Shown one piece after another: positions 1 to 7,547 of a stretch of 64,000 nt of DNA. Within the stretch, counting starts at the first letter, position 1; the number at the start of each line of letters is the position of its first letter. Below the pieces are notes generated by a model that saw only the letters and a list, made by a program, of their open reading frames with translations, had not been told where the DNA came from and searched no databases. The position numbers and the translations under genes are program-made. The stretch is from Candidatus Woesearchaeota archaeon (GTDB taxonomy: Archaea > Nanobdellota > Nanobdellia > Pacearchaeales > GW2011-AR1), in assembly GCA_964408235.1 (NCBI GenBank), contig CAYOYN010000002.1, positions 44,459 through 108,458 on the forward strand, in the 5' to 3' direction.

Positions 1-178
1 TAGGGCTGTTAATGGTAATTTAGAAATTGGAAAAGAAATAATTCTTAATCTAGAAGAAGGTAATTATATTCTAAGGGTTGATGTCCTATATGGCAACCTT
101 CAAAGAGCATTTGCTGAACAAAGTTTTGTAATTGATAAGAGTTCTAATGCTATTACAGGTCTTGCATTAATTGATTAT

Positions 179-529
179 ATGGACTCTAGAAGAATTACAT
201 TCTCAGTTCTTCTTTTGGTTATTAGTTCAATTATATTGCTTGCTAGCTATTACTATTCGCTGAATCTTTCAAAAAAAGTTGATAATTCTAATTCCTTAAA
301 CGGGATAATCGGATTGGATGTTTACACGAATAGTGGTTTGAAAATAGGAAAAGTTTATGATCTAGTAATCAATGATAATACTATTTACGGTTTAGCTGTT
401 TTAGTGGACAAAGGAGTTCCTGTAAACCACAGCAAGGTAATGATAAGGTATCAATATGTGGAAAATGTAAATGATGTAGTTTTAGTTAATTCTAGTATTT
501 TGGAACATAATCCTCATGAATCTGCATAG
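179..529 (+). CDS. PRC-barrel-like small membrane-anchored protein
   Basis: N-terminal hydrophobic helix, then a GLDVYTNSGLKIGKVYDLVIN... segment resembling PRC-barrel domains. Recognised by motif only. Confidence 0.35.
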   Translation: MDSRRITFSVLLLVISSIILLASYYYSLNLSKKVDNSNSLNGIIGLDVYTNSGLKIGKVYDLVINDNTIYGLAVLVDKGVPVNHSKVMIRYQYVENVNDVVLVNSSILEHNPHESA

Positions 530-562
530 GTTTAAAAGGGATTTTTTATTTCAAAAGCTAAT

Positions 563-637
563 GCTCCCGTAGCTCAGCCTGGATAGAGCATCGGACTTCT
601 AATCCGAGGGTCGTAGGTTCAAATCCTATCGGGAGCG
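563..637 (+). tRNA. tRNA-Arg (anticodon TCT)
   Basis: Cloverleaf folds by hand: acceptor GCTCCCG/CGGGAGC, D arm GCTC..GAGC, anticodon stem TCGGA/TCCGA with loop CTTCTAA, T arm GTAGG-TTCAAAT-CCTAT, discriminator G. No encoded CCA. Confidence 0.85.
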
Positions 638-723
638 TTAACAAGGATTTGAACATCCTGAAGTGAGAAAGTCACTTCAGTCCCTCAAACTTTTCCAAGT
701 CTTGAAGAATCCTATCGGGAGCG
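622..723. repeat. Direct repeat of tRNA-Arg(TCT) 3' end: AATCCTATCGGGAGCG at 622-637 and 708-723, with a hairpin at 658-680
   Basis: 16/16 nt identity seen directly. Between the copies lies a perfect 9-bp inverted repeat, CTGAAGTGA-gaaag-TCACTTCAG. Confidence 0.85.
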
Positions 724-736
724 TTTTAGAGTTGAA

Positions 737-1027
737 CTAAAAGATATCGCTAAAAGTTCTACAAAACTGAATTTTGGCTTTTTCCAATTCCTTTTTTCCT
801 TCTAATGTTAGCGAATAGGTTATTGTTTTGCCTTCTTTATTCTCTTTTATTAAACCATTTTCTTTTAGTTGTTTTAGTGCAGGGTATATTGTTCCAGGAG
901 AAGGCTTGCAACCCTTTCTTTTTTCTAATTCTAATGCTATCTCTTGTCCGTGCATTGATTTTTTAGAGATTATAAAGAGTATTAGGAATGAAAGAAAACC
1001 TCTCATATCACAATATGATTTATCCAT
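737..1027 (-). CDS. PadR-family winged-helix transcriptional regulator
   Basis: 96 aa with a PadR-like core: HGQEIALELEK...SPGTIYPALKQLKENGLIKE. Confidence 0.7.
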   Translation of the reverse strand: MDKSYCDMRGFLSFLILFIISKKSMHGQEIALELEKRKGCKPSPGTIYPALKQLKENGLIKENKEGKTITYSLTLEGKKELEKAKIQFCRTFSDIF

Positions 1028-1066
1028 TATTCTTTAATTAATCAAATGTATTTAATCCTTTGTAAG

Positions 1067-1115
1067 TATCGTATGACCGATATATTTATATAATCCTTAT
1101 ATCGTACATACGATA
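1067..1115. promoter_or_regulatory. Nested palindrome, candidate PadR operator
   Basis: Sits in the divergent intergenic region. TATCGTATG (1067-1075) is the reverse complement of CATACGATA (1107-1115). An inner pair CCGATATA (1077-1084) / TATATCG (1098-1104) is also palindromic, and there is an AT-rich TATA-like core. Confidence 0.4.
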
Positions 1116-1134
1116 TAATGGTGAAAGGAGGTAT

Positions 1135-1305
1135 ATGCAAATGAACGGACAATGTTACAGTTCCTGTGGGACTTCCTCTCGTGGCTTTTTGACTAAAAAA
1201 GAGAAGATCGAGATGTTGAAAGAATACAAGGAAAACCTTGAACTTGAAGCAAAAGGAGTTTCTGAAAGGATAAAAGAATTATCTACTAATGAAGACGAAG
1301 AGTAA
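1135..1305 (+). CDS. Small 56-aa protein with a C-terminal coiled coil (DUF5320-like)
   Basis: GGAGGT Shine-Dalgarno sits 4 nt upstream of the ATG. The C-terminal TKKEKIEMLKEYKENLELEAKGVSERIKEL resembles DUF5320 C-termini. Below the ORF-track length cut-off. Confidence 0.35.
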   Translation: MQMNGQCYSSCGTSSRGFLTKKEKIEMLKEYKENLELEAKGVSERIKELSTNEDEE

Positions 1306-1377
1306 TTTTAATAATTTTTATTTTTATTTTTTTCATTTTGAGAACGTTTAAATAACGTTTTTGAGTTGGGTTTGTAT

Positions 1378-1451
1378 GCACGGATGGCGAAGTGGTTAAC
1401 GCGCTCGGCTGCAGCCCGAGTATTCCAGGGGTTCGAATCCCTTTCCGTGCT
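1378..1451 (+). tRNA. tRNA-Cys (anticodon GCA)
   Basis: Acceptor GCACGGA/TCCGTGC, anticodon stem CTCGG/CCGAG with loop CTGCAGC, T arm AGGGG-TTCGAAT-CCCTT, discriminator U (typical for Cys). Confidence 0.8.
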
Positions 1452-1488
1452 TTTAATATAACGAAAGGTTTAAAGTAAGCCTTTTTTT

Positions 1489-2952
1489 ATGTTTATTATG
1501 GCTGAAAAGAAAGAAGCTCCTAAAATAACTGTTGAAGATTTGGCTATATTTTGTAAAAGACGTGGTTTTGTTTATCCTTCTTCTGAAATATATGGTGGAA
1601 TGAGTGGTATATGGGATTTTGGTCCTGTGGGTGTTGAATTAAAAAATAATATTAAGAAAGAATGGTGGAATTATTATGTCAAAAAGAGAGAAGATGTTGC
1701 TGGAATAGATGGATCCATTATAACTCCTAGAAAAATGTGGGAAGCTAGTGGACACTTATCTAGCTTTTATGATGTGGCTGTAAAATGCAAGAAATGTAAA
1801 AACGCTACTAAGATTGATGGAAATGAAGTTGGAAAAGTAAAATGTGATAAATGCGGTGGAGAATATGAAGTTTTAGGAAAATTCAATCAATTATTTCCAT
1901 TGCAAGTAGGAGCACTTAACCCTACTGAAGCTTACTTAAGAGGAGAGACTGCTCAAGTAATATTTGCTAACTTTAAACTAGTTGCCGAAAACGCAAGAAT
2001 GAGCTTACCTTTTGGAATTGCTCAAATAGGAAAAGTATTTCGTAATGAAATCTCTCCTCGTGAGTTTATTTTCAGAGATAGAGAATTTGAACAAATGGAA
2101 CTAGAATACTTCATTGCACCTAAACAAGATTGTCCTTACGAATTAATTGATCAAGAAATTCTAATTTATTCTCAAGAAATGCAGACCCATAAAAAAGAAG
2201 CTGTTAAAATGAAATTATCTAAAGCGCTAAAAGAAAAAGTAATCAAAAGGGATTGGCATGCTTATTGGATAGGTCAACAACTTAATTGGTTTAATTCATT
2301 AGGGCTTAATTTGGACAACTTTAGATTAAGACAGCATTTAATGGACGAAAAAAGCCATTATTCTACAGATACCTGGGATTTAGAATATAAATTCCCCATG
2401 GGTTGGAAAGAATTGCAGGGTTTTGCTGACAGATCTAATTATGATTTAACGCAACACCAAAAGTTTTCTGGAAAGAACCTTGAACTTACTGATCCTCAAC
2501 TAGGAAAAGTATTGCCTGAAGTAGTATGCGAACCTTCTTTGGGAGTAGAACGCGCTTTCATGATTATTATGCTTGATGCATACAACTACGATAAAGAAAG
2601 AGATAATGTCGTACTTAAATTGCACCCTAAACTTGCCCCTATTAAAGTCGGAGTTTTCCCTATTGTAAGGAAAGATGAAGAAGTTGTTAAAATGTCTCGT
2701 AAAATTTTTGAGGAACTAAACGAAGAATTTGAAACAACTTATGATGATAGCGGGACTGTTGGAAGAAGATACGCTAGAAATGATGAAATAGGTACGCCTT
2801 ATTGTGTTACAATTGACGGAGATTCATTAAAAGGTAAAGATGTTACAATTAGAGATCGCGATACTACAAAACAAGTAAGAGTTAAAGTAAAAGATTTAGC
2901 GGAAACAATTAGAAAATTGATCAATGGAAAAGTTTTGTTTTCTCAACTTTAA
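1489..2952 (+). CDS. glyS: Glycyl-tRNA synthetase, archaeal/eukaryotic alpha2 type
   Basis: 487 aa, class II core with typical archaeal GlyRS blocks (FRNEISPREFIFRDREFEQMELEYF; GVERAFM). The start may be the internal MAEKKE. Confidence 0.9.
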   Translation: MFIMAEKKEAPKITVEDLAIFCKRRGFVYPSSEIYGGMSGIWDFGPVGVELKNNIKKEWWNYYVKKREDVAGIDGSIITPRKMWEASGHLSSFYDVAVKCKKCKNATKIDGNEVGKVKCDKCGGEYEVLGKFNQLFPLQVGALNPTEAYLRGETAQVIFANFKLVAENARMSLPFGIAQIGKVFRNEISPREFIFRDREFEQMELEYFIAPKQDCPYELIDQEILIYSQEMQTHKKEAVKMKLSKALKEKVIKRDWHAYWIGQQLNWFNSLGLNLDNFRLRQHLMDEKSHYSTDTWDLEYKFPMGWKELQGFADRSNYDLTQHQKFSGKNLELTDPQLGKVLPEVVCEPSLGVERAFMIIMLDAYNYDKERDNVVLKLHPKLAPIKVGVFPIVRKDEEVVKMSRKIFEELNEEFETTYDDSGTVGRRYARNDEIGTPYCVTIDGDSLKGKDVTIRDRDTTKQVRVKVKDLAETIRKLINGKVLFSQL

Positions 2953-2995
2953 TATTTCTGCTTAGGTTTATAAATAAGATCTTCTAAATTATGTT

Positions 2996-3241
2996 ATGGG
3001 GATGATGGATTTATTGACTTGGCAGTATGGTTTCCTTTTCGGAGGTGCTATGTTTCTATTTGGTTTGATCGCTCTTGTATTTTGGATATGGTTGTTAATT
3101 GATTGTGCTAAACGTAAATTTAGGAATAATGTTGAAAAAGTAATATGGATAGTAGCCTTTGTTTTCTTAGGTCTTCTTGGGGCACTAGTTTATTTAATAG
3201 CTATCAGGATGTACAACCCTTCTGGTTTATTTAAGAGGTGA
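2996..3241 (+). CDS. PLDc_N-domain small membrane protein
   Basis: Two TM helices flank WLLIDCAKRKF...WIVAFVFLGLLGALVYL, as in the cardiolipin-synthase N-terminal domain. It is 44 bp downstream of glyS and 4 bp upstream of the next gene. Confidence 0.55.
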   Translation: MGMMDLLTWQYGFLFGGAMFLFGLIALVFWIWLLIDCAKRKFRNNVEKVIWIVAFVFLGLLGALVYLIAIRMYNPSGLFKR

Positions 3242-3244
3242 AAT

Positions 3245-4051
3245 ATGGTAAAAACACTTGGTTTCATATCTTTAAAGGGGGGTGTTGGGAAAACTACTAT
3301 GTCTGCTGCTGTTGCAACCCATCTTGCAAATTCATATCATAAAAAAGTTTTACTTATAGATGCTAATTTTTCTGCTCCTAATTTGGGGCTACACATGGAC
3401 ATTGTTTCCCCTCAAAAAACCATACATGATGTTTTGAATGGAGAACCTATTTCTTCAGCAATTCATTTACAATATGGGGTGGATGTTATTCCAGGTAATT
3501 TTTTGAATAATAAGGAGTTGAATCCTATGCTTCTTAAGGATAGGATTGGGCATATAAAAAAGGATTACGACTTTGTAATTTTAGATTCTTCTCCTTCTTT
3601 AAATGATGAAATGCTTGCAACTATAATTGCTTCAGACCATATTTTTGCAGTTTCTACTCCCGACTACCCTACTTTAAGTTGTACGATTCGTGCCGCTCAA
3701 TTAGCCAAGAGTAGACATAGGCCAATAGCAGGCATTATTGTAAATCAATCTCATGGGCATTATGATGTTAATGTCGATGAAATACAGGAGTCTACTGGGA
3801 TTCCAGTTGTTGCTAAGATAAAATACGATGATGTTCAACATATGGCTTTGCATGAAAGAATTCCTGCTCCTTTATTTGCTGGAAGAACTCCTTTTACAAC
3901 GGAAGTTGATAAGTTTTGTCGCGCAATATTAGGTTTGCCTGAGAAATCTTCTTGGTTTGCTAATCTTTTTTCTAGAGATGCTAAACTTGAACGCGTGAAC
4001 AGGGCTTTAATGTCAAAGACTTTTTATAAGGGCGTTTTCAAGCACGATTAA
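3245..4051 (+). CDS. MinD/ParA-family P-loop ATPase
   Basis: Deviant Walker A motif SLKGGVGKTT and Walker B motif VILDSSP. Confidence 0.75.
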   Translation: MVKTLGFISLKGGVGKTTMSAAVATHLANSYHKKVLLIDANFSAPNLGLHMDIVSPQKTIHDVLNGEPISSAIHLQYGVDVIPGNFLNNKELNPMLLKDRIGHIKKDYDFVILDSSPSLNDEMLATIIASDHIFAVSTPDYPTLSCTIRAAQLAKSRHRPIAGIIVNQSHGHYDVNVDEIQESTGIPVVAKIKYDDVQHMALHERIPAPLFAGRTPFTTEVDKFCRAILGLPEKSSWFANLFSRDAKLERVNRALMSKTFYKGVFKHD

Positions 4052-4052
4052 T

Positions 4053-4415
4053 ATGAAGGCAGGTAAGGATTGTGTTTTTTGTAAAATACTTCGAGGGGAA
4101 ATAAAGTCAGAGGTTGTTGCTGAAAGCAATTCTTTTTTTGCTATACTAGATATAAAACCTCATGCCATGGGTCACACTTTAATAATTCCTAAAAAACATT
4201 TTGTAACCTTACTTGATATTCCAAACAATCTAGGGGAAGAGCTGTTAAAATTTACTAAACAAGTAGCAAATGATTTAATGGCTAGAAAACTTGGAGATGG
4301 ATTCAATTTAATTATGAACAATTTAGAAGTTGCAGGTCAAGTTGTAATGCACGCTCATTTACACGTCATTCCTCGAAATGAAGGAGACGGTCTTAGGTAT
4401 ATGACTAAGGTTTAA
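4053..4415 (+). CDS. HIT-family (histidine triad) hydrolase
   Basis: HAHLHVIPR histidine triad and N-terminal CVFCKI. Start is 2 nt after the ATPase stop. Confidence 0.8.
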   Translation: MKAGKDCVFCKILRGEIKSEVVAESNSFFAILDIKPHAMGHTLIIPKKHFVTLLDIPNNLGEELLKFTKQVANDLMARKLGDGFNLIMNNLEVAGQVVMHAHLHVIPRNEGDGLRYMTKV

Positions 4416-4602
4416 TTTTCTTCAATTTTAATTCTATTTTCTTTAATCTTTCATTTATTTCTACTAATATCAACCTTCTTTTTCTATTATAATACATCGT
4501 TATTGCTTGAAAAATAATCCATAAAATAACTACCAATCCTACTGCTTGTATCCAGAGACCGACTTGTCCCAATTCAACCACTAAATCATCTATTACTGCC
4601 AT
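4405..4602 (-). CDS. Hypothetical small membrane protein
   Basis: 65 aa with one TM helix and a basic tail. Overlaps the HIT gene 3' end by 11 nt, so it may be spurious. Confidence 0.25.
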   Translation of the reverse strand: MAVIDDLVVELGQVGLWIQAVGLVVILWIIFQAITMYYNRKRRLILVEINERLKKIELKLKKIKP

Positions 4603-4652
4603 GATATCTTGATGTTCAAAGAGTTTAAAAAAGGTCTCTCGTACTTATTTTT

Positions 4653-4725
4653 GGCTATGTAGTTCAGTGGTAGAACACTGCTCTCATAAGGCAGGGGTCG
4701 AGAGTTCAATTCTCTCCATAGCCAT
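4653..4725 (+). tRNA. tRNA-Met (anticodon CAT); could be tRNA-Ile2
   Basis: Acceptor GGCTATG/CATAGCC, anticodon loop CTCATAA, T arm GAGAG-TTCAATT-CTCTC. Not initiator-like, because the 5' end is not AGCGGG. Confidence 0.8.
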
Positions 4726-4973
4726 CAAGAATATGAGGTACTTTCAGAAACGTCGCTTTCCTTTCTTACTTTAACTACAGGGTTTTCACGAGCAATTCTT
4801 TCAGCTTTCTTTAATCTTGCAATGTAACCTGCTATCTTATTTCTTACTTTTTTAGAGGGCATTGTTCTTCCAAGAATTATTTTATTAGGGGCAAAATCTT
4901 CTGCAAATGAAGCTTCTTTTACCATGAGCTCCTTGCTAGCTCTTTTAACCATTAATTGTTTTATTCTACCCAT
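4725..4973 (-). CDS. rps17e: Ribosomal protein S17e
   Basis: Starts MGRIKQ and contains SKKVRNKIAGYI, the S17e signature. Confidence 0.8.
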   Translation of the reverse strand: MGRIKQLMVKRASKELMVKEASFAEDFAPNKIILGRTMPSKKVRNKIAGYIARLKKAERIARENPVVKVRKESDVSESTSYS

Positions 4974-5014
4974 ATGACTGAGCTTGTTATTGAGGCTTTT
5001 TAAGGCTTTTGGAC

Positions 5015-5923
5015 TTAGAAATTGATCTTTTGATGTTTAATCAAATTAGACCATTCCTTATAATATTCTAATGCTTTTTTATCTATCTCGCCAGGGCTTA
5101 GAATTAATGCAGGCATTTTTTCTGATTGAGCTTTCTGTAGCGTAGAGACTAAATCTTCTAAAGTTATCTTTTTCTTATCTTTTACTGTTAAATATAGTTC
5201 TTGAGCGCCTAAATTTGTATTTAATTTTATTTTTGCGCTAAACTCTTTCTTTTTTGATAGGATTTCTTTTATGACTTCATATTCTCTTTCAGATAAGATT
5301 TTTTTTACATTATCTAAGAATGTGGATGACGTTTCTTTTTTCAATTTTTCCTTTACTGTTGTCTTTTCTTGAATTGTCTTTTCTAGTTGAATTTCATTCA
5401 ATAATTCCTTTGTTTGATCTTTTTCTACTTTTTTTTCAATTTCCTTAACTTCTTGTTTTTTAGGGGAAATTATTTTTTCGATTAACTCTTTTGTTTTATC
5501 GTTTGATAATGTATGAATTTTCCAAAAAGTTTTCTCTTGACTATTATCTATTATTTTTACAGGTATTGCAAAGTCTTTTATGCTTCTTAACGCCACCCGG
5601 ATTGCAGGTTCTTGTTCTGCATCTTCTAAAATTTCATTTTGTTTTAATAATTTAAATGCTTCTTTTTCTTTATGGTTTAAATATTCTGTAAATCTTTGTA
5701 ATTGTTCTTCTTGGCCCGGAATAAAATATAGAGGTGAGCCTCCTACTCGCATACTGCTTAATTTTAATTTTTGTTCTCCTACCAATTCTGACATAAATGC
5801 TGCTGTAAATATATTATTTTGACCTATTATGCTAGCAACTCTTACAGGGAATTCAGGACCTCTTTCTTGGATTACTTTAATAATTCTATTTTTTGTTTCT
5901 AGAACTTTCTGCATATCAGGCAT
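5015..5923 (-). CDS. Hypothetical protein with an N-terminal winged-helix-like domain, a Lys/Glu-rich linker and a C-terminal helical domain
   Basis: 302 aa; family not recognised. Not TFE, which is found elsewhere in the window. Confidence 0.4.
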   Translation of the reverse strand: MPDMQKVLETKNRIIKVIQERGPEFPVRVASIIGQNNIFTAAFMSELVGEQKLKLSSMRVGGSPLYFIPGQEEQLQRFTEYLNHKEKEAFKLLKQNEILEDAEQEPAIRVALRSIKDFAIPVKIIDNSQEKTFWKIHTLSNDKTKELIEKIISPKKQEVKEIEKKVEKDQTKELLNEIQLEKTIQEKTTVKEKLKKETSSTFLDNVKKILSEREYEVIKEILSKKKEFSAKIKLNTNLGAQELYLTVKDKKKITLEDLVSTLQKAQSEKMPALILSPGEIDKKALEYYKEWSNLIKHQKINF

Positions 5924-5963
5924 ATATGTGGGACAAGATTGTTTGTTATAAAGATTGCTGTAA

Positions 5964-6476
5964 TTAAGGCTTTAACCAAGATACCTCGTAGTATAAAACA
6001 TCATTTTCATCATCAACTATGGCTATAAGGAGTTTTTTCTTAGTTGAATGGGCTACTCGGTTCTTTGCAGCAAAATCGTGCCATGTATGTGGCTCTGATT
6101 CTCTAACTGCATATGCTAACCATAATGCATGATCTTGGCCGAATTGACTGTTTTTTTTATAAATTCGAAAATCTGCTCCGAATTTTAGGGCAGTCTTTAC
6201 TATGTATCCTTTTTCTCTTAGATTTTCAAAAACAGAGAGTTTTGTTTCAATTCTTTTGTCATTTTTCTTTGCTAGAGATATTGCTTTGTTAAAATCAATT
6301 TCTTTATTTTTGAAGTATAATGTTAATTTCTTTTTATTTTGTAAAAATAATGCTTCTATCCAAGAGTATTCTATTCTATCTCTTACTTTCTCCCCAAATT
6401 TAGATTTTTCATATAATGAAAATGCATCGCTAGAAGTTGAATGTATTTTCTCGCTTGTGATGTGTGCGGTTATCAT
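5964..6476 (-). CDS. endA: tRNA-splicing endonuclease catalytic subunit
   Basis: GYIVKTALKFGADFRIYKK...H...ALWLAYAV matches the EndA catalytic-domain motifs (catalytic Tyr/His/Lys). Confidence 0.8.
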   Translation of the reverse strand: MITAHITSEKIHSTSSDAFSLYEKSKFGEKVRDRIEYSWIEALFLQNKKKLTLYFKNKEIDFNKAISLAKKNDKRIETKLSVFENLREKGYIVKTALKFGADFRIYKKNSQFGQDHALWLAYAVRESEPHTWHDFAAKNRVAHSTKKKLLIAIVDDENDVLYYEVSWLKP

Positions 6477-6510
6477 ATTGAGGCTAGTCTTTTTTGTTAT
6501 TTAAGTATTC

Positions 6511-7494
6511 TTAAAGGAAGAAGTTTGCTACTATAAGATATGTAACTATAGATAAAGAATCTGAAATAACTGTTCCAAATGGTCCTCCCCCTAAGGCAGG
6601 ATCTCCTCCTAATTTTTTGATTCCCAAGATTATTATAAAAGAACTTATTGTTGCTAAAGTTAAAGAAATGAAAGTTGCTAAACTTATTATCGAAGCTATC
6701 CCTCTAGCTTGCCAGAATGAAGATATTGTAAGAAATAGTAAGGCGCTCATCATCGAGGCTATTATCATGCTTATTGCTGTTTGTTTAATTACATATTTGG
6801 AGATTTTCAGATCTTTACCCATTACGGCTAAATCTCTTACTAAAAGAGTTTGTATTTGAGTTCCTAATGCGTCGCTAATATAGACTACAACTGGTATAAA
6901 AAATGCCAGAATTATATTATTTTCTAATGTATTTTCAAATAATCCTATAAATGCTGCTGTTGCTAGAATTCCTATTAATCCGCTGATAAGCCATGGAACT
7001 CGATGCACTACACTTTCCATTATTGGAACTTCCATCGTACTCTCATATTCCATGTGTGATTTATGAATACCTGCGAAATGGAAAGAATCTTTTGTAGAAG
7101 ATTGATTTATTATTTTTATTAAATTTTTAGAAGACACTACCCCTACAATTTTATCACTATCCACAATTGGAACTGCTTTTATTCCATGCCTAAGTGCAAT
7201 ATGTGCTACTTTTTCTGTTTCTGTTTTGGCTGAAGCTGTAATGACCTTTCTTTGCATGAATGCTTCTATAGGAGTTTTTGCATGAAATCTAAAGATGTCT
7301 TTAATTGAGAAAACTCCGATTAACCTTCTATCTCCTTCTATTACATAGATATAGTCCATTACTTCATAGAGGTTTGATTTCTTTCTTAGTAAATCATATA
7401 TTTCGGCAACTCTTTGGTTTTTTCTTACCGTTAAGAATGCTTTATCCATAATCTCTCTAACAGGCAATGCAAGAAGAGATACCCCGTTTTTCAT
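6511..7494 (-). CDS. MgtE-like divalent cation transporter (CBS pair plus membrane domain)
   Basis: Two CBS motifs (IGVFSIKDIF; VPIVDSDKIVGVVS) followed by about 5 TM helices. Shorter than canonical MgtE; the N domain is missing. Confidence 0.65.
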   Translation of the reverse strand: MKNGVSLLALPVREIMDKAFLTVRKNQRVAEIYDLLRKKSNLYEVMDYIYVIEGDRRLIGVFSIKDIFRFHAKTPIEAFMQRKVITASAKTETEKVAHIALRHGIKAVPIVDSDKIVGVVSSKNLIKIINQSSTKDSFHFAGIHKSHMEYESTMEVPIMESVVHRVPWLISGLIGILATAAFIGLFENTLENNIILAFFIPVVVYISDALGTQIQTLLVRDLAVMGKDLKISKYVIKQTAISMIIASMMSALLFLTISSFWQARGIASIISLATFISLTLATISSFIIILGIKKLGGDPALGGGPFGTVISDSLSIVTYLIVANFFL

Positions 7495-7547
7495 ACCTTA
7501 GTTAGGGTATTAGAAACTTTTAAATCCGTGCTTTTTTAATTATTATT

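Noticed and set aside
828-1037. Plus-strand 69-aa ORF overlapping the PadR gene.
   Set aside because: It is antisense to a motif-supported PadR regulator and has no Shine-Dalgarno.
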